Below, in pieces: positions 30,243-39,288 of a stretch of DNA of 64,000 nt. The notes beneath the pieces were generated by a model. The model worked only from the letters and a program-made list of their open reading frames with translations. It made no database searches and was not told the DNA's origin. Position 1 is the stretch's first letter; the number at the start of each line of letters is the position of its first letter. Position numbers and translations under genes: made by a program. This stretch comes from Candidatus Kapaibacterium sp. GTDB lineage: Bacteria; Bacteroidota; Ignavibacteria; Kapaibacteriales; UBA2268. Location of the stretch: contig OY762428.1 in the NCBI GenBank assembly GCA_963665665.1, positions 384,001-448,000 of the forward strand, given 5' to 3'.

Positions 30243-32069
30243 TTGAAAAGAAATTATTACCTGAGATTTAAAAAGTACTGGCTGTTGGCAATAACAATTA
30301 TTTGCGGCGAAATATTTATATTTTTCGCAATTGATTATTATAATGATCAGCTTATATCCGATTATCTGAAAAAACAAACTACCGACTTCAAGATCAAGGT
30401 TCAATCAGTTGTTAATTCATTCAACCTGGTTAGTAAATCTATATATGAAGAAACTTTAAATCAACAGTCAATCCTTGAATTATATAGTAAAAACAATGAA
30501 ACAGACAGCAAACAAAATGATGAAATCAGAAAAACCTTGCTTGATAAACTCAATCCTACTTATGACAATCTGAAATCAATCGGAATAAAGCAGTTACATT
30601 TTCATACCAGGAACAATTATAGTTATCTCAGATTTCACAGGCCGGGTAAATACGGAGACGACCTGACCAATATCAGGCTTTCGGTTAAGATTTGTAATGA
30701 AAAAAAAATTGAAGTACATGGATTTGAAGAAGGCAGGATTTACAACGGTTTCAGAAATGTATTCCCGCTATTTTATAATAAGGAACATATTGGTAGTGTT
30801 GAAACAAGTTTTTCTTTCGGTGCGATAAGAGACCAATTAGCATTAATTAACGAAAAGAAAACATATTTCATCATAAAGAAAAAAGTGGTTTTAGAAAAAT
30901 TATTCAATGACGAATTAGAAAATTATTTGCCATGTTCGCTATCAGAAAACTATCTATACGAAAAGAAGTTTGACCAACATTCCCCGAAAAATGACAGCAT
31001 AATGAAACAAATATGCACTAACGTAAAACCATTCATACAGGACAAATTAAATAGCAACCGTAATTTTTCTATTTATCAGAACATCAACGGCTTATATTAT
31101 TCAATTTCTTTTTATTCCATAAAGAATATTAGCAACAGCCCCGTTGCCTATATAATTTCATATAACGAAAATAGTACAATAGAATCCCTGATAAGCAGAA
31201 ATAAGATATTCCTTTTAATAACTTTAACCATATATCCTTTTTTAATTTTATTTATCGGATTATACATAATTAAAAACATTAAAACAAGACGCCTGAACAA
31301 GCAGCTTATAAGCTCGGAGTTAAAGTTAAAACAAACTAACCGGGAACTGAATATCGCAGTTAATACAAAGGATAAATTCTTTTCAATTATTGCTCACGAC
31401 CTGAAAAACCCTGTTGCAGGTATAGTCGGCCTTTCAAAATTACTCGATGAAGACTTCGACTCTTTCGATAAGGAAGAAACAATTGAATTCGTTTCTGAAA
31501 TTCATTCAAGTTCTTCAAATTTATTAAAATTATTGGAAAATCTTCTATCATGGGCCAGGTCCCAGAGTGGTAAAATAGTTTATTCTCCACAACCTGAGAA
31601 TTTGACAACACTGACTAAACCGATAATTGACTTATTTAAACTGCCTGCAAAAAATAAATTAATTGAATTATCAGACCACATAGACGGCAATTATACTGTG
31701 AATGTTGATGAGTACATGTTTAACACAATATTAAGAAATCTGATATCAAATGCAATCAAATACACACAGGAAGGTGGTAAAATAATTATTGCAGCCCAAA
31801 AATATGATGATACAGGTTTTATTTTACTATCTGTAGCAGATAATGGAACCGGTATGTCGGAAAAAACCAGAAATTCAATTTTTGAAATTGAGAATACAAT
31901 ATCAGTCCCCGGTACAAATAATGAAAGAGGAACGGGACTTGGTTTGATTCTGTGTAAGGAATTTGTTGACAAACATGGCGGCAAAATATGGGTGGAAAGT
32001 GAAGAAGGCAGGGGAAGTAAATTCTTTTTTACAATTCCCTTGGGCACAGCGCCAGATTTGAATCTATAA
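30243..32069 (+). CDS. Membrane sensor histidine kinase with periplasmic Cache-like domain
   Basis: Two TM helices; YLRFHRPGKYGDDL...GFEEGR...GFRNVFPL sensor; AHDLKNP, RNLISNAIK, DNGTG and GTGLGL boxes. Confidence 0.9.
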   Translation: MKRNYYLRFKKYWLLAITIICGEIFIFFAIDYYNDQLISDYLKKQTTDFKIKVQSVVNSFNLVSKSIYEETLNQQSILELYSKNNETDSKQNDEIRKTLLDKLNPTYDNLKSIGIKQLHFHTRNNYSYLRFHRPGKYGDDLTNIRLSVKICNEKKIEVHGFEEGRIYNGFRNVFPLFYNKEHIGSVETSFSFGAIRDQLALINEKKTYFIIKKKVVLEKLFNDELENYLPCSLSENYLYEKKFDQHSPKNDSIMKQICTNVKPFIQDKLNSNRNFSIYQNINGLYYSISFYSIKNISNSPVAYIISYNENSTIESLISRNKIFLLITLTIYPFLILFIGLYIIKNIKTRRLNKQLISSELKLKQTNRELNIAVNTKDKFFSIIAHDLKNPVAGIVGLSKLLDEDFDSFDKEETIEFVSEIHSSSSNLLKLLENLLSWARSQSGKIVYSPQPENLTTLTKPIIDLFKLPAKNKLIELSDHIDGNYTVNVDEYMFNTILRNLISNAIKYTQEGGKIIIAAQKYDDTGFILLSVADNGTGMSEKTRNSIFEIENTISVPGTNNERGTGLGLILCKEFVDKHGGKIWVESEEGRGSKFFFTIPLGTAPDLNL

Positions 32070-32096
32070 TATTCTGTTAACAATCTATACTCCTTT

Positions 32097-32105
32097 TGTG
32101 GATAA
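32097..32105 (-). promoter_or_regulatory. Perfect DnaA box upstream of dnaE
   Basis: tgtggataa (= TTATCCACA), 58 nt before the dnaE ATG. Confidence 0.5.
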
Positions 32106-32163
32106 CTATTAGTCAGTTTTTCATAAATTTGTCCATTATTATGAAATTTGGAGAATCGTATAA

Positions 32164-35100
32164 ATGTCGAACTTTGTACATTTACATAACCATACACATT
32201 ATTCATTACTCGATGCAATTACAACAACTTCCGAACTTGTTGACGCTGCCGTTGCCGACGGCCAGCCGGCAATAGCGCTAACAGACCATGGTGTTATGTT
32301 CGGATGCTACGAGTTTTATAAAAAATGCAAATCTTCCAATATAAAGCCAATTCTTGGTTTTGAAGCCTACGTGGCTTCAGTTAACCGATTTGACCGGACT
32401 CCGACAAGAAAACTGCCCGACGGCAAAAAAACAAGAAATTACCTGCACCTGCTGTTACTGGCAAAAGACTGGACCGGATATAAAAATCTGATGAAACTTA
32501 CTTCGCTCGGGCATACCGAGGGATTTTACTACAGGCCAAGAATCGATAAGGAGCTTCTTGAAAAACATCATGAAGGAATTATTGCTGCTTCAGCCTGCCT
32601 CGGCGGTATAATTAGCGCTCATATTGTTGACGGTAATGTTGAAAAGGCAAAATCCGAAGCTCAATATTATAAAGACCTTTTTGGTGATGATTTTTATCTT
32701 GAATTACAAAGGCATAATTTCCCGGAAGACGACCTGATAATTGAGCATGTTCCGAAAATTGCTGCTGAACTCGGCATTAAAATGATAGCAACAAATGATA
32801 TTCACTATCTGAAGAAAGAACACGCCACCGCTCATAACGTTCTGCTTCATATAAAAGATAGCAATGCATCCAATTCAGGGACTGCAAATGTTGATGACTT
32901 AAGATATAAAACTCCGGAGTTTTATTTTAAAACAACTGATGAAATGCAAAAACTCTTCCCGGAATTTCCCGAAGCACTTACAAATACTGTTGAAATTGCC
33001 GAAAAATGCAATGTGGAAATGCCAAAAACATTGCACATGCCGGTATTCCCTATTCCTGAAACATCTAAAGCTACTAATCTTGATGAATATCTCGAAGAGC
33101 TTACTTACGAAGGCCTTAGAGAAAAATATCCTGAAATTACCGATGACATTGACAAACGGGCAAAATATGAGCTTGGTGTTATCAAACAAATGGGTTTCCC
33201 GGGTTATTTCCTGATAGTCTGGGACTTTATTCGCGCAGCAAAGGAACTCGGAGTCAGGGTAGGCCCCGGGCGTGGGTCTGCCGCCGGAAGCCTTGTTGCT
33301 TATGCATTGAGCATAACCAATGTTGACCCTCTGCCCTATGATCTTCTTTTCGAAAGATTCCTTAATCCTGAACGTGTTTCAATGCCCGATATTGACATCG
33401 ACTTCGCTGACGATAAACGCGACAGAGTTATCGAATATGTAAAGGAAAAATACGGTGCCAATGCTGTTTCTATGATCATTACTTTCGGAACATTATCCAC
33501 AAAAGCAGCACTTAAAGATATAGGCAGGGTACTGGGAATAGATCATAATAAAATAAACGACATAAACAAAAAAATCCCCGTTAAAGGCGGCAAACCGATG
33601 AAACTGGCTGAAGCCGTTAAACTTCCCGAGTTAAAAAAATATCTTGATGAAGACCCAAAACTGAACAGGCTGGTAGAGTTTGGAAAAATACTGGAAGGGA
33701 AAAACAGGAATACCGGAACACATGCCGCCGGAGTTGTTATCGCTCCCGACGAGCTTACCGAGTTTATTCCTGTGTACCAATCCTCGAAATCCAAAGGACA
33801 ATCAGTTGAAGTAGCTTCACAGTTTACTAAGGATGAAACAGAAGAAGCAGGCCTTCTGAAAATGGACTTTCTTGGACTTAAAACCCTTGGAATAATTGAA
33901 GACGCCCTTATTATGATTAAAAATAACACGGGTGAATATATCGAGATCGATGATATTGATTTCGAAGATAAAGAAACTTATGATATGCTCGGCAATGGTA
34001 ATACTCAGGCAATATTCCAGTTTGAGTCCGGAGGTATGCAGGAATACCTGAGGCAGCTAAAGCCAAAAAACCTTGAAGAGCTGACTGCCATGAATGCTCT
34101 ATACAGGCCCGGGCCCATGGAAAACATCCCGACATTTATAGACAGAAAATTCGGCAGAAAACCTATTGAATACCTCCATCCAATTATGGAACAGTCTCTG
34201 AAAAACACTTATGGCATTATAGTTTACCAGGAACAGGTAATGCAGCTTGTTCAGCATATTGCCGGATTCACCCTGGGGCAGGCAGATATTTTGCGTCGTG
34301 CCATGGGTAAAAAGAAAAAAGCACTGATGGATGCGCAAAAACCTGCCTTTATTGAAGGAGCCGCCAAACACGGAATTAGTGAGAAACTTGCTCTTGAGAT
34401 TTTTGAATTAATCGAAAAATTTGCCAGCTATGGCTTCAATAAATCACATTCACTTGCTTATTCCTACCTTGCATATCAGACAGCCTGGCTGAAAGCACAT
34501 TATCCTGCCGAATTCCTTGCTGCAAATATGACTGCTGAAATGAATGACCAGAATAAAGTTGTTGAGCTTATTGATGAAGCAAAATCATTCGGAATTGAAG
34601 TATTACCTCCGGATATAAATAAATCAATTGCGACGTTTAATGCCGTTGGTAAAGAAATATACTTTGGGCTTGCCGGATTGAGGAACGTAGGAGTCCCGGC
34701 TGTTGAAGGAATTATCGAATCCAGGAACGAGCAGGAGTTTTCTTCCTTCTTCGATTTTGTTGCAAGGGTCGACAAAGGACATGTGAACCGCCGTGCAATC
34801 GAAGCCCTGATTTGTGCCGGAGCGTTTGATAAACTCGGAACAGGACACAGGGCTGCTCTGCTAGCCTCTATCGATTCTGCACTGGACTATGCAAAAGCTT
34901 TCTACCAATCCCAGAACTCACAGATGGACAGCCTTTTTGGTGATGTTGCTGAAATGAAGCTGTCCGAGCCGGCAGTAGCGGAGGTAGAAAAATGGACAGA
35001 AAAAGAGCGGCTGGAGCATGAAAAAGAAGTACTCAACTTTTATGTCAGCGGGCATCCGTTAAAACGTTTCCTGCCATATATTAATTCTTTTTCAAGTTTG

Positions 35101-35646
35101 AATCTCGGTGATAAAAACAGTAAGCTCATCGGCCAGCAGGTTATGATCTGCGGCTTTATTGATGAAGTAAGTGAAAAAAGAAGCAAGAACAACAAAATGT
35201 TCGCCATCCTGACCTTTGAGGACTTTTCAGGTAAAGCAGAAGCAATAATCTGGCCTAACACCTATAAGAAATGCGCTCATAATGTGGATAAAGACAAGGT
35301 AGTTATTATTACGGGCAAAGCGGAAGTAGAAAATGACAAGATGAAAGTTTATGTTGATGAACTTATGCCTGTTGACGAAGCATTATCAACTTATGCCAAA
35401 GGATACAAAATATGGGTTGACCTGAACAGGGACGATATGATAATGCCAATTGAAACAATGAAATCTACATTATGCGGTAATCAAGGCAAGGGAGTAAGGA
35501 TCATGTTCAATATTTATGATGCTTCGAACGGATACAGAAATATGCTGCTTGCTGAAGACGTGAAAATACCGCTCAACCATGAGACAGTAAAAAAACTGAT
35601 GAAACTTTTCGGCCAAAAAAATGTAGGATTTATATTAAGTTCATAA
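32164..35646 (+). CDS. dnaE: DNA polymerase III alpha subunit
   Basis: FVHLHNHTHYSLLD PHP domain, GPGRGSAAGS, PDIDIDF, KMDFLGL and YGFNKSHS motifs; no intein-sized insertion. Confidence 0.98.
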   Translation: MSNFVHLHNHTHYSLLDAITTTSELVDAAVADGQPAIALTDHGVMFGCYEFYKKCKSSNIKPILGFEAYVASVNRFDRTPTRKLPDGKKTRNYLHLLLLAKDWTGYKNLMKLTSLGHTEGFYYRPRIDKELLEKHHEGIIAASACLGGIISAHIVDGNVEKAKSEAQYYKDLFGDDFYLELQRHNFPEDDLIIEHVPKIAAELGIKMIATNDIHYLKKEHATAHNVLLHIKDSNASNSGTANVDDLRYKTPEFYFKTTDEMQKLFPEFPEALTNTVEIAEKCNVEMPKTLHMPVFPIPETSKATNLDEYLEELTYEGLREKYPEITDDIDKRAKYELGVIKQMGFPGYFLIVWDFIRAAKELGVRVGPGRGSAAGSLVAYALSITNVDPLPYDLLFERFLNPERVSMPDIDIDFADDKRDRVIEYVKEKYGANAVSMIITFGTLSTKAALKDIGRVLGIDHNKINDINKKIPVKGGKPMKLAEAVKLPELKKYLDEDPKLNRLVEFGKILEGKNRNTGTHAAGVVIAPDELTEFIPVYQSSKSKGQSVEVASQFTKDETEEAGLLKMDFLGLKTLGIIEDALIMIKNNTGEYIEIDDIDFEDKETYDMLGNGNTQAIFQFESGGMQEYLRQLKPKNLEELTAMNALYRPGPMENIPTFIDRKFGRKPIEYLHPIMEQSLKNTYGIIVYQEQVMQLVQHIAGFTLGQADILRRAMGKKKKALMDAQKPAFIEGAAKHGISEKLALEIFELIEKFASYGFNKSHSLAYSYLAYQTAWLKAHYPAEFLAANMTAEMNDQNKVVELIDEAKSFGIEVLPPDINKSIATFNAVGKEIYFGLAGLRNVGVPAVEGIIESRNEQEFSSFFDFVARVDKGHVNRRAIEALICAGAFDKLGTGHRAALLASIDSALDYAKAFYQSQNSQMDSLFGDVAEMKLSEPAVAEVEKWTEKERLEHEKEVLNFYVSGHPLKRFLPYINSFSSLNLGDKNSKLIGQQVMICGFIDEVSEKRSKNNKMFAILTFEDFSGKAEAIIWPNTYKKCAHNVDKDKVVIITGKAEVENDKMKVYVDELMPVDEALSTYAKGYKIWVDLNRDDMIMPIETMKSTLCGNQGKGVRIMFNIYDASNGYRNMLLAEDVKIPLNHETVKKLMKLFGQKNVGFILSS

Positions 35647-35705
35647 ATTAAAATTATTTTGTTTCGTTAAAATTATAAAGTATTTGGAATAAACAGGAAA
35701 AAAAG

Positions 35706-35897
35706 ATGTTCAAAACAATTCTTGCATGGATTATCGCTATTGTTGTCGCAATTATTGCAATTCAAATGATTTTCGGTTTAATGGGCATAGTCCTATCCGG
35801 TATTTTTACAGGCCTGAAGATCTTAGTTTTTGTTGTACCTGTTATCATAATTGCTTTTCCCGTGTATTTAATTGTAAAGAAAAAATTTCTAAAATAA
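35706..35897 (+). CDS. Small membrane protein (two TM helices)
   Basis: 63-aa hydrophobic ORF with a basic C-terminus; agga upstream; fills the gap between dnaE and the next gene. Confidence 0.7.
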   Translation: MFKTILAWIIAIVVAIIAIQMIFGLMGIVLSGIFTGLKILVFVVPVIIIAFPVYLIVKKKFLK

Positions 35898-35908
35898 ACG
35901 GAAATACG

Positions 35909-37171
35909 ATGAAAAAGATTCCGATAGTATTTATTCTGTTACTGATAGCATTTTCAAACGCAAAATCCGAATACAATGAAACATCAGTTGAACTGACAAG
36001 GGAGTTGACTAAAGAAATTTTTCAATTGAACGGCATACCATACCTCCAGCCTTTAGTTGAATCAATAAATTCAACATCGAACTCCCGCTTTTTTCATCAG
36101 GCATATGTTCCCGAAAAGGTGGACAAGCCATACTTCAGGGTATCAGTGAACGGAATGACTGGCTTTGTAAAGGATGATATGCTATGTTATACTCCACAAT
36201 TTCCTACAGATTCATTTGATATTAGAAAAGCAGGAGAATATGCCTCGATAGATTATATAAACGGATCATTCAATATCAAAGATACCGTAGGCCTGATGGT
36301 TTACCTTCTGAAAAATATGCTCTACGACGGAGTTAAGTCCGGCGACTTGCGGCCACCTGAAAAAACTGCAACAATACTTGGTAATCTGGACTCTTCACTT
36401 ACTTTTGAAGACGGAGTACTGCAAAAGCTTGCAAAAAGGCATCCCGCATGGGGATTTTTACCAAAGGATGTTCAGGACAGCGTTCTGGCAGTTCTTGACG
36501 GCATGCCAAGTTATTTCAGCCTGCCTAAAGGCGCAGATATGTCAACATTGTACGCGGCAGTTCCCCAGTTCGAGATCGGTTCATGGCATGGCACCGAGGC
36601 GCTGATACGTTTTATCCCGCCGGTTAATATGGGAGAAACCGTTGGCGAATTTGCTTTCTGGGGCCTGGGATTGAAGCACAGCCTATCGCAGTATTTTGAT
36701 TCGCTTGGTGTTGATATTGCCGTCCAGGCAGTTTACCAGGGAACCAGCCTGGAAAACTCAATCGGAGAAACAAATGCAGATATGAAATCTAATGCTACTT
36801 TCTGGAATTTCAACCTTCACGCCGGCAAAAGATTCGGAGATTACCTGGAGATATACTCTGGTATTTCAGTTGAACTGGTTAATATTTCAGCTGATTATAA
36901 ATATTATCTGCCTGTTGAAACACAGGCACAGCTTGGACTTTTAAGATATACAATGGATCCCGACGGAGTAAACAACACAATTCATCCGCCGGAACCGGAA
37001 CTCGGATACCCGGGTGATACCAAACCACAAACAGCAACCCTGAACCTTAACGATCAGAATGTGAAATTTACTTTTGGATTGACAAGCCATTTAGGGCCGG
37101 TAGATATCTATCTCGATTTCAGTTTCAGCAGGCTGAATATTCTCAGCGGCGGCCTTGCCTACAGATTCTGA
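35909..37171 (+). CDS. Exported outer-membrane beta-barrel-like protein (DUF6588-like)
   Basis: Start moved to MKKIPIVF (signal peptide); VPQFEIG, IRFIP and WGLGLKHSLSQYF motifs; C-terminal Phe (LAYRF). Confidence 0.72.
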   Translation: MKKIPIVFILLLIAFSNAKSEYNETSVELTRELTKEIFQLNGIPYLQPLVESINSTSNSRFFHQAYVPEKVDKPYFRVSVNGMTGFVKDDMLCYTPQFPTDSFDIRKAGEYASIDYINGSFNIKDTVGLMVYLLKNMLYDGVKSGDLRPPEKTATILGNLDSSLTFEDGVLQKLAKRHPAWGFLPKDVQDSVLAVLDGMPSYFSLPKGADMSTLYAAVPQFEIGSWHGTEALIRFIPPVNMGETVGEFAFWGLGLKHSLSQYFDSLGVDIAVQAVYQGTSLENSIGETNADMKSNATFWNFNLHAGKRFGDYLEIYSGISVELVNISADYKYYLPVETQAQLGLLRYTMDPDGVNNTIHPPEPELGYPGDTKPQTATLNLNDQNVKFTFGLTSHLGPVDIYLDFSFSRLNILSGGLAYRF

Positions 37172-37197
37172 AATAATTTAACATTTTTGCATTTACT

Positions 37198-37230
37198 AAT
37201 AATCCGGCGGCTTCGTTCCGCCGGATTATT
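37198..37230. terminator. Bidirectional terminator between convergent genes
   Basis: Perfect 13-bp stem aataatccggcgg / ccgccggattatt. Confidence 0.85.
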
Positions 37231-37292
37231 TATTTCCTGATAAAGATGGAAATATTAGCAATGTGTTTTTTTGAATGAAAGGCCACTTGTAT

Positions 37293-38153
37293 TTACAAAA
37301 ATTCCAGGTGTATATCAGCACTTTTCACACTGTGTGTAAGTGCCCCGGTAGATATGGCATTCACGCCGGTTTTGGCATAAGCTTCTATTGTATCGAGCGT
37401 AATTCCTCCGGAAGCTTCAAGGAAAAGCTTGTCGCCGCCGGCATACCTGCGCACCAGCCTTACGGCAAAATCAACCATATCCGGGGGCATATTGTCAAGC
37501 AGGAAACCGTCAGCGCCGGCTTCTATTCCGGCTTTTAGCTGATCAATACTTTCCACTTCAAGTTCTACGGGCAAATCATGGCCCGTATTTTTGATTTTTT
37601 CTACAGCTTCCATTAGTCCGCCGGCAGCCTGGATATGATTATCTTTAATTAAAATTCCCGACGACAGGTCGAAACGGTGGTTGTACCCCCCTCCCATTAC
37701 AACTGCATATTTTTCAAATAAGCGCAGCCCGGGAGTAGTTTTTCTAGTATCAAGTGTTTTAACATTGTAAGGATTGGTTATGGCAGCATATTTCGCGGCC
37801 ATAGTAGAAATGCCGCTCATCCTCTGGATCAGGTTCAGTAGAACTCTTTCTTTTGTGAGTATTTCTGCCGCCGGGCCCTGCATTTCAGCAATAATATCGC
37901 CCTTTTTTATACTGTTGCCATCCTGAACTTTTGTATCCAGTTCAATCTCATCCGAAAAAATTGCCCTGATTACAGGCATTCCGCAGAATATAATATCCTC
38001 CTCAGCCTGGATAAAAGCGTCTGTATATTCTTCCGGATCTACAGTTCCCAATGTTGTAACATCACCTTCGGGTGCATCTTCGGAAAGGAATTCTTCAATT
38101 TTCCTATGAAGGTATTCTGCCGGTATTGTCTTTATTTGCGGGTATTCTATCAC
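37293..38153 (-). CDS. nadC: Nicotinate-nucleotide diphosphorylase (quinolinate phosphoribosyltransferase)
   Basis: ERVLLN, DTRKTTPGLR, NHRFDL, IKDNH, LDNM and EASGGI motifs. Confidence 0.96.
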   Translation of the reverse strand: MIEYPQIKTIPAEYLHRKIEEFLSEDAPEGDVTTLGTVDPEEYTDAFIQAEEDIIFCGMPVIRAIFSDEIELDTKVQDGNSIKKGDIIAEMQGPAAEILTKERVLLNLIQRMSGISTMAAKYAAITNPYNVKTLDTRKTTPGLRLFEKYAVVMGGGYNHRFDLSSGILIKDNHIQAAGGLMEAVEKIKNTGHDLPVELEVESIDQLKAGIEAGADGFLLDNMPPDMVDFAVRLVRRYAGGDKLFLEASGGITLDTIEAYAKTGVNAISTGALTHSVKSADIHLEFL

Positions 38154-39073
38154 TTGCTAAGCTCCAGCATTCTTTCCAAAGGTTTCAGCGCGCCAAGCCT
38201 GAGTTCTTCATCCATCACTATTTCCGGCTGAAGCGTTTCAAGGGCTTTTATCATTTTCTCTATCGTATTCAGCCTCATGTGCGGACAGTTATTGCAACTG
38301 CATCCTTCAAGGTTAGGCACTTCGATGTATTCTTTTTCCGGAGCTATTTTTTTTAACTGGTGGATAATTCCGGGCTCTGTACCTATCAGGAACTGCTTTT
38401 TATCCGATTCAACGGCATTTTTGATAATCCCGGTGGTAGATCCCACAAAGTCGGCATACTGAAGAATATTTTCCGGGCATTCCGGGTGGGCAAGGAACAA
38501 AGCTTCCGGGTATTCGCCCTGCAGGCGTATCAGCTCGGATTCCGAGAATATTTCATGCACCTGGCAGGATCCGTTCCATAGAACCATATCGCGTCCTGTC
38601 TGCTTACTAACGAAAGCCCCGAGGTACTTATCAGGAGCAAAACATATATTCGTATCCTCAGGAACAGAGTTTACGATCTTCACCGCGTTGGACGATGTAC
38701 AAATAATATCCGACATCGCCTTAACCTCTGATGAACAATTGATATAAGATATAACAGTATGTCCGGGATGATCTTCCTTCCATTTTTTGAACTCTGCCGG
38801 GGGTGCACTGTCCGCAAGAGAGCAGCCGGCATCCATATCCGGAAGAAGCACAGTTTTCGTCGGGTTAAGTATTTTAGCAGTTTCAGCCATGAAATGCACG
38901 CCGCAGAAAAGTATCACGTCTGCGTCAGTTTGCTTTGCCTTCTGTGCCAGGGCCAGCGAATCGCCAAGAAAGTCAGCTACATCCTGAATTTCCGATTCCT
39001 GATAGTAATGGGCAAGAATCACGGCATTGCGTTCTTTTTTCAGTTCGAGCAGCCTTTGTTTTAATTTTTCCAT
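38150..39073 (-). CDS. nadA: Quinolinate synthase
   Basis: ILAHYYQ, CGVHFMAE, GCSLA, YINCS, CQVH, AHPEC and CPHM motifs. Confidence 0.96.
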   Translation of the reverse strand: MEKLKQRLLELKKERNAVILAHYYQESEIQDVADFLGDSLALAQKAKQTDADVILFCGVHFMAETAKILNPTKTVLLPDMDAGCSLADSAPPAEFKKWKEDHPGHTVISYINCSSEVKAMSDIICTSSNAVKIVNSVPEDTNICFAPDKYLGAFVSKQTGRDMVLWNGSCQVHEIFSESELIRLQGEYPEALFLAHPECPENILQYADFVGSTTGIIKNAVESDKKQFLIGTEPGIIHQLKKIAPEKEYIEVPNLEGCSCNNCPHMRLNTIEKMIKALETLQPEIVMDEELRLGALKPLERMLELSK

Positions 39074-39218
39074 TTAAATCACCGGTTTATCCAAATCCAA
39101 TTTTTACATTTTATCGTTTATTCCGCCTGTTTATTGTCTGAAACGGGCGCAGTTACAAATTTAATCAGATTGTGATTATTAAAAAAATAATTGGCGCAAG
39201 GTGTGATTGGATTTATTC

Positions 39219-39248
39219 TAAATAGCTGCCCCGTTTTACCGGGACAGC
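39219..39248 (-). terminator. Probable terminator after the LamG/T9SS gene
   Basis: Minus strand gctgtcccg-gtaaaa-cggggcagc-tattt. Confidence 0.65.
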
Positions 39249-39288
39249 ATTTTATTTATCGATTCTCAATATCAGCGAACATTTAATA

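Noticed and set aside
31691-32218. 175-aa antisense ORF, and the many similar antisense ORFs over dnaE, hppA, OPT, pepT, nadA etc.
   Set aside because: Shadow ORFs opposite well-supported genes, with no motifs.
32164-35646. Intein or split dnaE
   Set aside because: Normal length with contiguous motifs.
35726-35908. Cys-rich N-terminal extension of the 481-aa ORF
   Set aside because: Out-of-frame overlap with the 63-aa membrane protein; the signal peptide begins at 35909.
39075-39160. NAD+ riboswitch upstream of nadA
   Set aside because: Only a single short hairpin (cgcc.gttt/aaac.ggcg) after a promoter motif; no recognisable nadA-motif sequence.
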